64,000 nucleotides of DNA from Thermoplasmata archaeon (GCA_021792255.1 JAJYUZ010000003.1:192001-256000), one strand, 5' to 3'; counted from the first letter of the stretch, positions 9,818-20,264 are shown. Numbers and translations are program-made. Notes: generated by a model from the sequence alone, not told the origin.

Positions 9818-10824
9818 TGGAAGAACTTATAACCCAAGAAATAGGGAGTTTCAGGAAGCCCACTTATCTATCCTCTAAATTCAGATCTTTCAAAGAGAAT
9901 GAATTTCAAGAGGTTGCGAAGAAAGCTACTCTAGAAACGCTAGACCTTTTCGAGAAGAGCGGACTGGAGAATATCGGGGTTGGCGGTGAAATGTTCAGAT
10001 GGGAGATGTACGAGCATCCCATTTCAAGAATGGATGGCGTGAAAATCTTCGGCCCAGTGAGGTCATTCGACAATAGGTACTACAACAAGGGAAGCGTGTA
10101 CGAAGACCTCAAGAGAAAAGAGCCCTTCCACTTGGAGGAGATCCAACTATTCAACCAACTGAAGATGAAGAACATCAAGCTCCCTGTGACGGGACCGTAC
10201 ACACTAATGGACTGGTCTTTTAACGACCACTACAAGAGCAGAGAGGAGCTTGCTCTTGTGTTTGGCAAGATAATGAATCAGGAGTTACGGGAACTGAAGT
10301 CTGCGTGGGGAGACGGCACTCTCCAAATTCAGATAGACGAACCTGCTGCGACAACCCATCCCGAAGAGATGGAATTAGTCAGAGAATCCGTGAACGAAAG
10401 TGTGAAAGGAATAGATGGGATCGAAACGCATCTTCACGTTTGTTTCAGCACGGACTATGGTCTCCTTTACAGCATTGCTCCATCCCTAGATATTTCTGTC
10501 TATAACTTGGAGTTCGCAAACAGGGATCCAATCTCACTCCAAGACCAACGGAATGGATACGATGACGTCAGAAGATTCAAGGAGACTGCAGAAACGATGA
10601 CGAAAAAGATAAGTCTGGGGCTGGGGGTAACGGACATTCACAAGGATTTCATCGAGCCTCCCCAACTCATTAAGGAGAGAATCGAATACGCTCTCAAGTT
10701 CCTGGAACCCGATCAGCTAAGGATCAATCCGGACTGTGGATTGAGGACGCGAAGCAGGGAAATCGGGTATGAAAAACTGAAGAACATGGTGACAGCCACG
10801 AACGAGGTCGTGAAGGCTCTATAA
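9814..10824 (+). CDS. metE: Methionine synthase, catalytic (MetE C-terminal type) subunit
   Basis: TQEIGSFRKP, PVTGPYTL, QIDEPA, zinc ligands HLHVC and NPDCGLRTR. Confidence 0.88.
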   Translation: MMEELITQEIGSFRKPTYLSSKFRSFKENEFQEVAKKATLETLDLFEKSGLENIGVGGEMFRWEMYEHPISRMDGVKIFGPVRSFDNRYYNKGSVYEDLKRKEPFHLEEIQLFNQLKMKNIKLPVTGPYTLMDWSFNDHYKSREELALVFGKIMNQELRELKSAWGDGTLQIQIDEPAATTHPEEMELVRESVNESVKGIDGIETHLHVCFSTDYGLLYSIAPSLDISVYNLEFANRDPISLQDQRNGYDDVRRFKETAETMTKKISLGLGVTDIHKDFIEPPQLIKERIEYALKFLEPDQLRINPDCGLRTRSREIGYEKLKNMVTATNEVVKAL

Positions 10825-10853
10825 ACATATATTCTAAAATTTCATCCTGAAGC

Positions 10854-11867
10854 ATGCAAAGAGCAGCGGTTCTCACCAAGATCAAGGAGTACCCTCAAGT
10901 CAAGGAAATTGAAGATGAACCTCTTAGAGAAAATGAAGTCCTGATCGAACAGACTGAGACTGGAATTTGTTATAGAGATATCCTGACGATGGAGGGATTT
11001 TTCCCCAGACTAGTCCTTCCTATCGTCCCGGGCCACGAAATTTCAGGAGTGATTAAGAAGACTGGTTCAAAGGTCACAAAGTTCAAGGAAGGAGAAAGAG
11101 TTTCTAGTCTGATCTATGTCCCGTGCGGAACGTGCGAATACTGCAAATCCGGTAGAGAAAATCTGTGCAGAAATAGGAAGACTTTCGGGGAAAGTATGAA
11201 TGGAGCTTACAGGAAATACATTCACGTCCCAGAAATATCACTTGTCAAGGTTCCTCCTGGAGTTAGCAGTGAAGCGGCTGCAATATCTGCGTGCGTCACA
11301 GGAATGATCGTAGAGGCACTGGAAGTAGTGGGAGGGCTGAAAGAGGGCCAAACAGTCTTGATAACTGGTGCAGGAGGGGGAGTCGGGTCCCACGCAGTTC
11401 AAATTGCCAAAGCACTTGGAGCAAAAGTAGTTGCGGAAACTAGTAGCGAATGGAAGAAAGAGATGATTCAGAAAGTTGGCGCAGATTTTGTCGTTGGAGG
11501 ACAGAATTTTTCACAGAAGGTTAAGGAGATCACTGGAGAGGGAGTCGATCTCACATTGGAGACAGTGGGATCACCTACCTTCAACGACACGTTCAGATCA
11601 CTGAAATTTGGAGGCAGAGTAGTTGTCGTTGGCAACGTCGATGTCAATCCTGTCAGCCTACCACTAGGAAACCTGATACTCAAAGGAAACTCTATAGCAG
11701 GAAGCATCAGTTCGACCAAGAAGAGCGTGGAGAAGGCGCTGAATCTTTCAAAGGAAGGAAAAATATCCCCCGTCGTAGGCAAAGTGTTTGAGCTTAACCA
11801 AGTCGCGGACGCCTATAAGGCGATGAAGAACAGGGAACTGTTCGGTAGAGCCTTTTTAAGACTCTAA
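10854..11867 (+). CDS. Zn-dependent MDR oxidoreductase, acryloyl-CoA reductase-like
   Basis: GICYRD, PGHE, CGTCEYC...C, ACVTGM, TGAGGGVG; resembles the Sulfolobales acryloyl-CoA reductase subfamily. Confidence 0.8.
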   Translation: MQRAAVLTKIKEYPQVKEIEDEPLRENEVLIEQTETGICYRDILTMEGFFPRLVLPIVPGHEISGVIKKTGSKVTKFKEGERVSSLIYVPCGTCEYCKSGRENLCRNRKTFGESMNGAYRKYIHVPEISLVKVPPGVSSEAAAISACVTGMIVEALEVVGGLKEGQTVLITGAGGGVGSHAVQIAKALGAKVVAETSSEWKKEMIQKVGADFVVGGQNFSQKVKEITGEGVDLTLETVGSPTFNDTFRSLKFGGRVVVVGNVDVNPVSLPLGNLILKGNSIAGSISSTKKSVEKALNLSKEGKISPVVGKVFELNQVADAYKAMKNRELFGRAFLRL

Positions 11868-12373
11868 TTTTTTGGCTTTAGAGATATATTTTTCTCGTCA
11901 ACGAATTTCGATATATTTTCTATATTTCCGTTGATTATTTCAAGAACCACTGCATCGAAGTCTCCAGATATTGATGCGGACCTAAAACTGTTAATGTTGT
12001 CAAGTAGGTCTATGGAATTTCTGAATCCAGCTTCGTCCAAGAGATAGAGTTTCTGAGCGTCCGGCTCAGTTATCATAAGGGGCTCCGATGGGAGTGCCAC
12101 TTTCATGTTCTTTAGCTCTTCGATTTTCCTGTAGACCTCTCCCGCTTTGTCCTTTTCGTCGTGCTTGTCGTACATCTCCAGGTTGTCGATCGCTGCCTTG
12201 AAATTCGTCAGAGATACATCTACCCTCTTTTTTATGTCATCACTGAGGATCTGTGAAGAAATCCTCGCATCCGTTCCAATCTTGTATCCTTTGTAGCCAC
12301 TCAATTTGTTTTGAATTCGCTTGAGAATGATTGCGGCCTTGTCTGGAGGTAGGTCAATTCTTATACTGCTCAT
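11864..12373 (-). CDS. Conserved hypothetical helical protein
   Basis: ORF from ATG 12373 (MSSIRID); SGYKGY...KLYLLD pattern. Confidence 0.6.
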   Translation of the reverse strand: MSSIRIDLPPDKAAIILKRIQNKLSGYKGYKIGTDARISSQILSDDIKKRVDVSLTNFKAAIDNLEMYDKHDEKDKAGEVYRKIEELKNMKVALPSEPLMITEPDAQKLYLLDEAGFRNSIDLLDNINSFRSASISGDFDAVVLEIINGNIENISKFVDEKNISLKPKN

Positions 12374-12685
12374 CTTTCTTGCGATAATAGAGATATATAT
12401 TAGGGTTGTGAGAGCCTGGAATTGACAATTTTCATTGCCAAGAGGATAGATCATTTCAATACTATGCCATTTTTATACCAGAAAATATAATTTAATTCTA
12501 TTATTCTACTCTGGTCCCCTCCTATAATAAAATAGGGACCAATCCATACCCTTATCTGTTATTGCACCATCAAATGCTCATTGCCCAGTTTCTAGGATAT
12601 AACGGTTAGGATCAAATATCAGAGTCTTCATTTTCACAATATTCTGTTTCGCGGGAACTATGCTACACGACACAAAAGAGCTTTA

Positions 12686-13312
12686 CTATTTCGATTTTCT
12701 GGCATAGATGTAACAATAGTCAAATGGTCTCATATAGTCATCGGATTCGATAAACATCTCTGATATTTCGAAACGAGCCTTGTTCAGGAGCAATCGCAAT
12801 TTATCTGGGGTGTAATAGTTTACATTTATTTTCCCCCCTTCTCTAGATTCTTCCTCTCTTGTCAAATCTTCATTCCCGGTTCTTGTTGCGACAAAGAATG
12901 TGCCATCTTGTTTTAGAACACGTCTTGACTCTTCTAAGGTTGCCATTACTCCATTTTCGTCAAGGTGGAGAAGACATCCAGAATTCCAGATTCCATCAAA
13001 ATAATCCTCGGAGAACCGGAGAAACCTCATGTCCATCTCAATAAACTCCGCGTCTGGATTCGCTCTAATGGCGATTTTGAGCATAGCTTTAGAGACATCT
13101 ATTCCAGTGACTCTGTAACCATCCCTCATGAAATACTTGACAAATCGCCCTGTACCGCAACCGGCGTCCAGTATATGACCGGAATGCTTGACGTTCCTGA
13201 TGAACCTAGTATATCGCGTTATGGCTTTCTGAATCATCGCTGGATTGTTGATTTCTTCATTAAAACTCCGATGATAATTCTCCGCCGCTTCTTTGGAACT
13301 GTAGTGATCCAA
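12686..13312 (-). CDS. Class I SAM-dependent methyltransferase
   Basis: ILDAGCGTGR, VTGIDVS, FDGIW...CLLHL. Confidence 0.88.
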   Translation of the reverse strand: MDHYSSKEAAENYHRSFNEEINNPAMIQKAITRYTRFIRNVKHSGHILDAGCGTGRFVKYFMRDGYRVTGIDVSKAMLKIAIRANPDAEFIEMDMRFLRFSEDYFDGIWNSGCLLHLDENGVMATLEESRRVLKQDGTFFVATRTGNEDLTREEESREGGKINVNYYTPDKLRLLLNKARFEISEMFIESDDYMRPFDYCYIYARKSK

Positions 13313-13457
13313 CTACAAACAATAAGTCAGTAATGCTTAGACATTTTGTCTAAGGTAAAGAGACTTTAAAGAGAGGAGCGAAAGAAAGCACAAAATGGCC
13401 ACACTCAGTTCTTTATTCTGTCTCACTTGATTTGCATTCATTATAAAAAGAAATCAA

Positions 13458-13495
13458 TTTATAATAAGTCACAATCCTGTTTGCTTAATAGGTGA
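13458..13495 (+). promoter_or_regulatory. Putative TATA box (TTTATAAT) and SD (AGGTGA) of rpl15e
   Basis: TTTATAAT at 13458-13465; GGTGA at 13491-13495 before TTG 13502. Confidence 0.5.
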
Positions 13496-13501
13496 ATAAA
13501 A

Positions 13502-14095
13502 TTGCCCTCAAAAAGTAGCTATTCGTTCCAGTCTGATAACTTTCTCACATCCAAGGAAGAAATGAAAGGAATGGTCAGGCAAAGGATGACAGAGTGGAGA
13601 GCATCAGGCACAGTAGAGAGGATTTCAACTCCAACAAAGTTATCGAGGGCCAGGGCACTCGGATATAAGGCCAAACCTGGATTTGTTGTCGTTAGAGTTA
13701 AGGTAAACAGAGGTAATATTCACAAACCAAAGATACTCGGTGGAAGAAGGCCAAGGAGATACGGTTACAACAAACTTACTCACGGAAAGAGCGAGAAATG
13801 GATCGCTGAAGAAAGGGCGCAGAGAAGATATCCCAATCTCGTTCTCCTGAATTCGTATTACCTAGCAGAGGATGGAAAGCACAAATTCTACGAAGTTATG
13901 TTTGTGGACCCGGAGCATCCCTCAATTGCAAAAGACAAGAATCTGAATTGGACCGCCGATAAAGCGCAGAAAGGGAGAGTATTCAGAGGACTTTCGACTG
14001 CGGGTAAGAAATCAAGAGGACTCGCAACAAAAGGCAAGGGCACTGTGAAATCCAGACCATCCATTAGGGCTAAGGGTAGACTCAGGAGACACTGA
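13502..14095 (+). CDS. rpl15e: 50S ribosomal protein L15e
   Basis: RARALGYKAKPG, IAEERAQRRYPNLVLLNSY, GRVFRGLSTAGKKSRGL. Confidence 0.97.
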   Translation: MPSKSSYSFQSDNFLTSKEEMKGMVRQRMTEWRASGTVERISTPTKLSRARALGYKAKPGFVVVRVKVNRGNIHKPKILGGRRPRRYGYNKLTHGKSEKWIAEERAQRRYPNLVLLNSYYLAEDGKHKFYEVMFVDPEHPSIAKDKNLNWTADKAQKGRVFRGLSTAGKKSRGLATKGKGTVKSRPSIRAKGRLRRH

Positions 14096-14447
14096 GTAAA
14101 TATTTCTTTCCCCATCTCTTTATTTCTATCAGATTGTCAGGGTTCTCTAACTTGACCTTCAGACCCCTTTTCTCAAAGCTGGGAGCAAAAAGGTCTATGA
14201 CCTCCCTAGAACCTTCTATTTTGAAAGTACTACCTTTGATCTCGACTTCTTCTGGATTCTCGTTGACTAAATAGCACCATTTACCGCTCACGTTCTTCGT
14301 TCCCTTCATATCTGGGAAAATGAACAGGAAATGAAAGTTGTTCCTTTCCTCGTAGAACTCGACGCTCATCGAGATCAGAGATTCCCTCGTTTCTTTGGAG
14401 CGCTCCCTTCGGACGAGTAATGCCTTCACGACTTTTAATTCCGACAA
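14082..14447 (-). CDS. Small protein with THUMP-like C-terminus
   Basis: GLKVKLENPDNLIEI resembles the THUMP VdLxxPD motif; the rest is unrecognised. Confidence 0.45.
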   Translation of the reverse strand: MSELKVVKALLVRRERSKETRESLISMSVEFYEERNNFHFLFIFPDMKGTKNVSGKWCYLVNENPEEVEIKGSTFKIEGSREVIDLFAPSFEKRGLKVKLENPDNLIEIKRWGKKYLLSVS

Positions 14448-14483
14448 GGAAAATAAATTTATGCGTGAATTTATTGATATTTA

Positions 14484-14963
14484 GTGAATTTTTCAGTTGT
14501 GCACATCGAAAAAGATGACGAGAATGTTGTGCTAGGACAATCCCATTTCATCAAGACAGTAGAAGACCTCTATGAAGCAATAAAGAATTCTTCTCCATCG
14601 GCCAAGTTTGGGATAGCATTCTGCGAAGCATCGGGGAAGAGATTGATCAGATTTGATGGAAATGACGATGCTCTCACAAAGCGTGCAGTAAGGAACGCTG
14701 AAAAGCTAGGAGCGGGTCACGTCTTCATAATCCATCTAAGGGATTCTTTCCCGATTAACATCATTCCTCACCTGAGGGGGGTACCGGAGGTACTTTCTCT
14801 ATTTGCAGCTACATCCAACTCTCTTTCCGTGATCATTGGCGAAGATGGAGACAGCAGAGGAGTAATTGGAGTGCTGGATGGAGACAGACCCCTTGGTGTC
14901 GAAAAGGATGAGGACATCAAAGAAAGACAGGAGTTTTTGAGGAATATAGGATATAAAAAATGA
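14484..14963 (+). CDS. Adenosine-specific kinase family (DUF355)
   Basis: LGQSHFIKTVEDLYEA, FGIAFCEASG, RGVIGVLDG, FLRNIGYK. Confidence 0.9.
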   Translation: MNFSVVHIEKDDENVVLGQSHFIKTVEDLYEAIKNSSPSAKFGIAFCEASGKRLIRFDGNDDALTKRAVRNAEKLGAGHVFIIHLRDSFPINIIPHLRGVPEVLSLFAATSNSLSVIIGEDGDSRGVIGVLDGDRPLGVEKDEDIKERQEFLRNIGYKK

Positions 14964-15652
14964 AGGAGATCGAAGATTTCTACGACTTCGAATCGCTGTA
15001 CTACGATGACATATACGGCATATTCAGTCAGGACATAACGTTCTATAAAGCAATGACAGCGACTTCCCCGTGCCTTGAACTCTTTGCAGGCACAGGGAGA
15101 ATAATATGCAAGTTTAGCGGTGGGATAGGTCTAGAAATTAATCCAAACATGTTGCGCAGGTCTAGAAATCATTTCACTAAAGTGATGGGAGATGCGAGGA
15201 TTTTGCCTTTCAAGAAGCACTTCAACACCGTTATCATCGGATTGAACAGCCTTCTATTGGTTCCCAACGGGCAGAAGAGGCTGATACTAAGAGAGTCGAG
15301 GAGGGTACTGAATATAAATGGATACCTCTTCGTGGATGTGTTAAACGGGTTTAACCTTAATAAGGGAACCTACAACATTTCTGATTTCGACGACGGTAAG
15401 ACCAACATTTCTCTGAAAATGAGAGCGAAAAGTCTGAGAGATAGTTACCAGCTAAAGTACACCTACAGGATATTCAATAAGACCAAGAAAAAAGTGGAAA
15501 AGACTATAACCATTTATCCGATAACTTCGATGGAGCTTGAGAAGATGCTGTCTACGGAGAATTTTGAAGTGGACGGAACTTTTGGCGATTACGATCTTTC
15601 TCCTCTACGAGATGACTCAGAGAAGCTGTTGGTGAGAGCAAGGGCTATTTGA
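14960..15652 (+). CDS. Class I SAM-dependent methyltransferase
   Basis: YYDDIY...DITFY, CLELFAGTGR, FGDYDLSP. Confidence 0.85.
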   Translation: MKEIEDFYDFESLYYDDIYGIFSQDITFYKAMTATSPCLELFAGTGRIICKFSGGIGLEINPNMLRRSRNHFTKVMGDARILPFKKHFNTVIIGLNSLLLVPNGQKRLILRESRRVLNINGYLFVDVLNGFNLNKGTYNISDFDDGKTNISLKMRAKSLRDSYQLKYTYRIFNKTKKKVEKTITIYPITSMELEKMLSTENFEVDGTFGDYDLSPLRDDSEKLLVRARAI

Positions 15653-15659
15653 TTAGAGA

Positions 15660-16076
15660 GTGGGTCCGTTGAGTGCAAAAGACAACGTCGGAAGGATCTT
15701 CAAGTCACTAGAAGACCTGAGAGAAAGGAATCTCTCTGTACCCATAATAGTCGAAGGAATTAACGATGTTAGGGCCCTGAGAAAATTGGAGTTTAAAGGG
15801 GAAATTCTTCAACTTCATTCGTTAATGACGATTGAAGGATTCTGTCGAAATCTATCGAAGAATCACAAGGAAGTCATCCTCCTCCTTGACTGGGACAAAA
15901 AAGGCAAGAGGCTCACCTCTTCGCTCATAAGGCATCTCAATTCCTATGAGGTCAAGAGTGATTATGATTTTTGGAAACTGTGTTTTTCAATGGTATCGCA
16001 GCTGTCGAATGTGGAATCTCTACCTTCAGTCTTTTATAGATTAAACGCTGGGAATGGAGCTTTCCCGCACACCTGA
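15660..16076 (+). CDS. Small stand-alone TOPRIM domain protein
   Basis: IIVEGINDVRAL and VILLLDWDKKG (E and DxD motifs). Confidence 0.85.
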   Translation: MGPLSAKDNVGRIFKSLEDLRERNLSVPIIVEGINDVRALRKLEFKGEILQLHSLMTIEGFCRNLSKNHKEVILLLDWDKKGKRLTSSLIRHLNSYEVKSDYDFWKLCFSMVSQLSNVESLPSVFYRLNAGNGAFPHT

Positions 16077-16188
16077 CACACAGTTCTAACTTTGCTACGT
16101 AGTGTTTCGTACAAACGGGTTTGCCACACATCTTACACGTTACGCCTGCGGGCAGTCCGCATATGTAGCAGAGAGAAAGAACTGTCAT
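15952..16188 (-). CDS. Small Cys-rich zinc-finger protein
   Basis: CYICG...CKMCGKPVCTKH...CVRC; its ATG overlaps the MFS stop codon. Confidence 0.7.
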   Translation of the reverse strand: MTVLSLCYICGLPAGVTCKMCGKPVCTKHYVAKLELCVRCAGKLHSQRLIYKRLKVEIPHSTAAIPLKNTVSKNHNHS

Positions 16189-17345
16189 TTTTCTTTCCTG
16201 GCATAATTCTCTTTGACGGATATGAACCTTTTGTAAAACGCCAAATCATAAGCTATTTTTATTGCTCCTCCGACCACGAAGGAAAGTGAGCCTGCGGCGA
16301 TAGAAATCAAGTAGGAGGAGATGTACGGGCTGGCACCGTTAGATGCACTTCTGACGGCATTCGATACTCCTACAACGTAGCTCCTGTCATCTCCTTCCAC
16401 TACGCTATTGAGGTACGACTGTCTTGTCGGCACGTCCATCTGACTTAAACTCTGCCTCAGAAAGAGGAATAGAAGGGATAGTGATAGGGTAGGGACCAAC
16501 GGGATTAGAATCAAGAAGACGTTAGAAGGTAGGTGAGTGAAAACGATCGTTCTGACCAGACCTATTTTGGAAGCAATATATGGAGTCAACAGGACCGATA
16601 CGGCGGTTATTATATCGACAACCGTGAAAACGTACCCAAGCTGTGAAAGACTGAAGGAATATTTCTCGTGGAACCAGTATGCCATTAAGCTCTGCAGAAC
16701 AAATCCCCCGGCTATCGCATCGAGGGAGAAAAGGGCGCTTACATCCCTAGCAATGATTTTGCTCCTCTTCGTTACTGGAGCCTTTCTTACGCTCTTCTTC
16801 CCCTCAATGGACGGTATGAAGAAATACGAGCCTATCACCATAGCAGCAAACAACATCGAAAGCTCAAACGACAAATTCAATCCGAGGTTTAGTGCCAGAG
16901 CTCCTAGTGAAGCTGCGATGTAACCTCCAAAAGTGTAGCGTGCAAACAGTCTGTTTTTCTCTCTCTGATCCTCCTTGATCATTGCGATGATTGGTTGCTC
17001 GTATGCAGAAAAAAGAGTGTTATCAGATGGATTCACTCCAAGGGATCCGACTATTGCAAACAGTGCCTTTGATGCTGGATTGGTTGTGAGAAAGAGACCA
17101 GAAATTCCAATGAACAACAGCAAAGAAAAAACGATGAGGAAGACTCGAGAATAACCCGTACCAAATCTCGAAGTGATGAGAAAGGTGAAAAATGAATTAA
17201 CTATGATAGAGGCAGTTACCGCAATACCGGCTTCCAGAGGGGTTAGTCCACTCTCTATCAGATAGATTATTGTTATGACTGAGAACACTCCGTATATGAA
17301 GCCTCTAAGGGTTCTTGTCAGGAAGAGGAGATATCTCGAGTCCAT
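16185..17345 (-). CDS. MFS transporter
   Basis: About 12 TM helices; FSLDAIAGGF, IGLVRTIVFTHLPSN, SQMDVPTRQSY. Confidence 0.9.
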   Translation of the reverse strand: MDSRYLLFLTRTLRGFIYGVFSVITIIYLIESGLTPLEAGIAVTASIIVNSFFTFLITSRFGTGYSRVFLIVFSLLLFIGISGLFLTTNPASKALFAIVGSLGVNPSDNTLFSAYEQPIIAMIKEDQREKNRLFARYTFGGYIAASLGALALNLGLNLSFELSMLFAAMVIGSYFFIPSIEGKKSVRKAPVTKRSKIIARDVSALFSLDAIAGGFVLQSLMAYWFHEKYSFSLSQLGYVFTVVDIITAVSVLLTPYIASKIGLVRTIVFTHLPSNVFLILIPLVPTLSLSLLFLFLRQSLSQMDVPTRQSYLNSVVEGDDRSYVVGVSNAVRSASNGASPYISSYLISIAAGSLSFVVGGAIKIAYDLAFYKRFISVKENYARKEK

Positions 17346-17438
17346 TATGTCAAAACGTTGCTCCTTCTAAATACCTTTTCACTCGAATTGGACGGATAGA
17401 ACAGTTTTATTCTTCTAAATCATACGGTAGCGATCGAT

Positions 17439-18770
17439 ATGAGCGGCGACCTATCAGAGTTGCTAAAAGAGTTGAAGATCCAAAGTACAGACGAACTTTT
17501 CAAGGACATTCCGGAATCAATCAGGACCAAGACACTTGGTCTCCCCAAAGGAATGGACGAAGACGAAGTCCGAAGAGTAGCAGGAGAGTATGCGGGAATG
17601 AACAAGACCGTAAACCAGTCACATTCATTTCTTGGTTTTGGTCTCTACAACCATTTCGTTCCAGCTGCTATCGCCAACGTGGTAAACAGGAATGAATTCT
17701 TGACTGCTTACACCCCATACCAAGCAGAAATATCGCAGGGGATAATGCAGGCTTTGTTCGAATATCAAAGCTTGGTCGCAGAACTACTGGAGATGGACGC
17801 AGTGAATTCGTCAATGTATGATGTCTCTACTTCCCTGGGAGAAGCCGCTAGAATGGCTAAGAACATTACAGGTAAGGATGAATTCATTGTGCCAAAGTAC
17901 ATAAGCAGGAACAAGCGCGCGGTTCTGGAGAATTATGCCAAAGGTGCTGAAATAAAGATCAAGGAAGTAAATTTAGATGAGAATGGAATGATCGATCTCA
18001 CCTCTCTTAGAAAGGAACTTACCGATGATACATGCGGGGTCTATGTAGAATATCCAAACATGTTTGGCATCATAGACACTAACGTCTCGAAGATAAAGGA
18101 AATAATCGGAGACGAGAGAATATTCGTTGCCGGAATTAATCCGATATCCCTTGGTGTGCTTGCCCCGCCAGGCAAATTCGGAGTCGATATCGCGATAGGA
18201 GAGGGTCAAGTTTTGGGACTCGGACTCAACTTTGGCGGACCGGTCGTAGGTATATTTGGAACCAAGGAACAATACATAAGGAAGATGCCTGGAAAAATCA
18301 TGGGAATTACCAAGGACCACAACGGAAAAGTCGCGTATTCGATGATTCTCCAGACAAGAGAGCAACACATTAGGAGAGAAAGAGCAGTCACGAATATGAC
18401 GAGCAATCAAGCGCTGATGGCTATAGCATCGGCAGTTTACCTCTCACTGCTTGGCGATTCAGGACTCAGAAAGATTGGCGAAGTAAACATGGGAAGAACG
18501 AAAGAACTAATCGAAATTGTGAACGAATTCGGTATAACCATGCCGTATCAGGCATCTCCCGTATTCAACGAATTCCTAATCAGATTGAATGAATCCAAAA
18601 CTTTCGTGGCAAGGATTGCCAAGAAATATAACCTCATACCGGGTTATATGCTCGGCAAAGAGTACGGATTCAACGATAGAAACAAGTCAAATATTGTAGT
18701 AAACGTCACAGAAAGAAACACCGATGACGACTTCAATGCATTCAGGGAATTCCTGAGGGAGGTGGCATAG
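17439..18770 (+). CDS. gcvPA: Glycine cleavage system P protein subunit 1
   Basis: EFLTAYTPYQAEISQG, NSSMYD, LQTREQHIRRERA. Confidence 0.95.
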   Translation: MSGDLSELLKELKIQSTDELFKDIPESIRTKTLGLPKGMDEDEVRRVAGEYAGMNKTVNQSHSFLGFGLYNHFVPAAIANVVNRNEFLTAYTPYQAEISQGIMQALFEYQSLVAELLEMDAVNSSMYDVSTSLGEAARMAKNITGKDEFIVPKYISRNKRAVLENYAKGAEIKIKEVNLDENGMIDLTSLRKELTDDTCGVYVEYPNMFGIIDTNVSKIKEIIGDERIFVAGINPISLGVLAPPGKFGVDIAIGEGQVLGLGLNFGGPVVGIFGTKEQYIRKMPGKIMGITKDHNGKVAYSMILQTREQHIRRERAVTNMTSNQALMAIASAVYLSLLGDSGLRKIGEVNMGRTKELIEIVNEFGITMPYQASPVFNEFLIRLNESKTFVARIAKKYNLIPGYMLGKEYGFNDRNKSNIVVNVTERNTDDDFNAFREFLREVA

Positions 18771-20243
18771 ATGTATCATCAGGCAATTTTCGATGAACCC
18801 AATATCCTTGACTTGAAGGGAAGAAGGACAATCAAAATTCCCCACGAGGATGAAAAATTCAAAATAGACGTACCAGCAATAATGAGAAGACAGACAACCG
18901 GAATTGGGGACAGGGAGGAATTTTCCATCATTAGACATTACGTAAAACTTTCCGAAATGAATTTTGGTGCGGATTCTGGGTTCTATCCTTTGGGTTCTTG
19001 TACGATGAAATATAACCCCAAAATAAATGACGAAATCGCGAGCCTTGAAGGATTTAGGATGATCCATCCTCTTCAGAGTAGCAACGAGGTACAAGGCGCA
19101 TTAAAGCTGCTTTACGAACTCACCGAATCGCTCAAAAAAATTACAGGGATGGATGCAATAACGCTACAGCCTCTTGCAGGGGCAAGCGGAGAATTTACAG
19201 GATTATCCATAGTAAGAGATTATTTCGAATGTACAAAACAAATCGATTGTCGGAGAGAGGTTGTAGTTCCAGATTCGGCTCACGGGTCTAATCCTGCTTC
19301 TTCTCGGATGGCGGGTTTCGATGTTGTCCAGATACCTTCTACCAGCGATGGTACTGTTGATATGCAAAAGTTCAAGGAAGCCGTAACGGAAAAAACGGCA
19401 GCGTTTATGATTACTAATCCAAATACTCTTGGAATTTTTGAGGACAAGATTGTGGAGATGGCTAACTACGCTCACTCTAGGGGAGCGCTCCTGTACTATG
19501 ACGGGGCGAATTTGAACGGAATCATGACGAAAACAACTCCCGCTAAAATGGGATTTGACATCGTTCATCTGAATCTCCACAAAACCTTCTCGACTCCCCA
19601 CGGAGGAGGTGGCCCAGGCGCTGGACCCGTCGGTGTTGTAGAGAAACTGAAGGATTTCTTGCCATATCCTCAGGTCACGTTTGATGGCACAAAATATCAC
19701 TGCGATTACATTCCGCCCAAAACAATAGGTAAGGTGGCTAGCTTCTACGGTAACTTCGGAGTATTGGTCAGGGCTTGGACGTACATCAAAATGATGGGAG
19801 AAGATGGACTCAGGGATGCCTGCGATACTGCGGTGCTAAACTCAAACTACATGCGAAAGAAAATGCAGGAGTTCATGCCAGTGCCGGGAAAGGCCATCAA
19901 GAAACACGAGTTTGTCGCATCTTCGATGGGAGCCAATATGCCAAAGGCAGGAGACATCGCGAAGCATCTGATCGACAATGGAGTCCATGCACCGACGATC
20001 TATTTCCCGCTCATAGTGCCAGAGGCCCTAATGATAGAACCGACGGAGAGCGCAACTAAGTCTGAAATGGATTTATTCATTGAGACGGTCAGACAGACCC
20101 TGAAGCTACCTCACGAGACTTTCGAAAAGGAACCCGTGAACTTGAAGGTGACTAGAATAGACGACGTCGATGCTTCAAAGAACCCGAGGCCGTCTCTAAG
20201 ACTCGTGAGGGAACAGAGAGAGCCTTTGCAACAGGTTATTTAA
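18771..20243 (+). CDS. gcvPB: Glycine cleavage system P protein subunit 2
   Basis: YPLGSCTMKYNPK, YYDGANLN, PLP-lysine motif HLNLHKTFSTPHGGGGPG, MIEPTES. Confidence 0.95.
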   Translation: MYHQAIFDEPNILDLKGRRTIKIPHEDEKFKIDVPAIMRRQTTGIGDREEFSIIRHYVKLSEMNFGADSGFYPLGSCTMKYNPKINDEIASLEGFRMIHPLQSSNEVQGALKLLYELTESLKKITGMDAITLQPLAGASGEFTGLSIVRDYFECTKQIDCRREVVVPDSAHGSNPASSRMAGFDVVQIPSTSDGTVDMQKFKEAVTEKTAAFMITNPNTLGIFEDKIVEMANYAHSRGALLYYDGANLNGIMTKTTPAKMGFDIVHLNLHKTFSTPHGGGGPGAGPVGVVEKLKDFLPYPQVTFDGTKYHCDYIPPKTIGKVASFYGNFGVLVRAWTYIKMMGEDGLRDACDTAVLNSNYMRKKMQEFMPVPGKAIKKHEFVASSMGANMPKAGDIAKHLIDNGVHAPTIYFPLIVPEALMIEPTESATKSEMDLFIETVRQTLKLPHETFEKEPVNLKVTRIDDVDASKNPRPSLRLVREQREPLQQVI

Positions 20244-20264
20244 CTTCCCATCAATTCTCCCCCA

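Noticed and set aside
12513-12540. Imperfect inverted repeat GGTCCC...GGGACC in an intergenic region
   Set aside because: Single imperfect hairpin with no second copy or associated element
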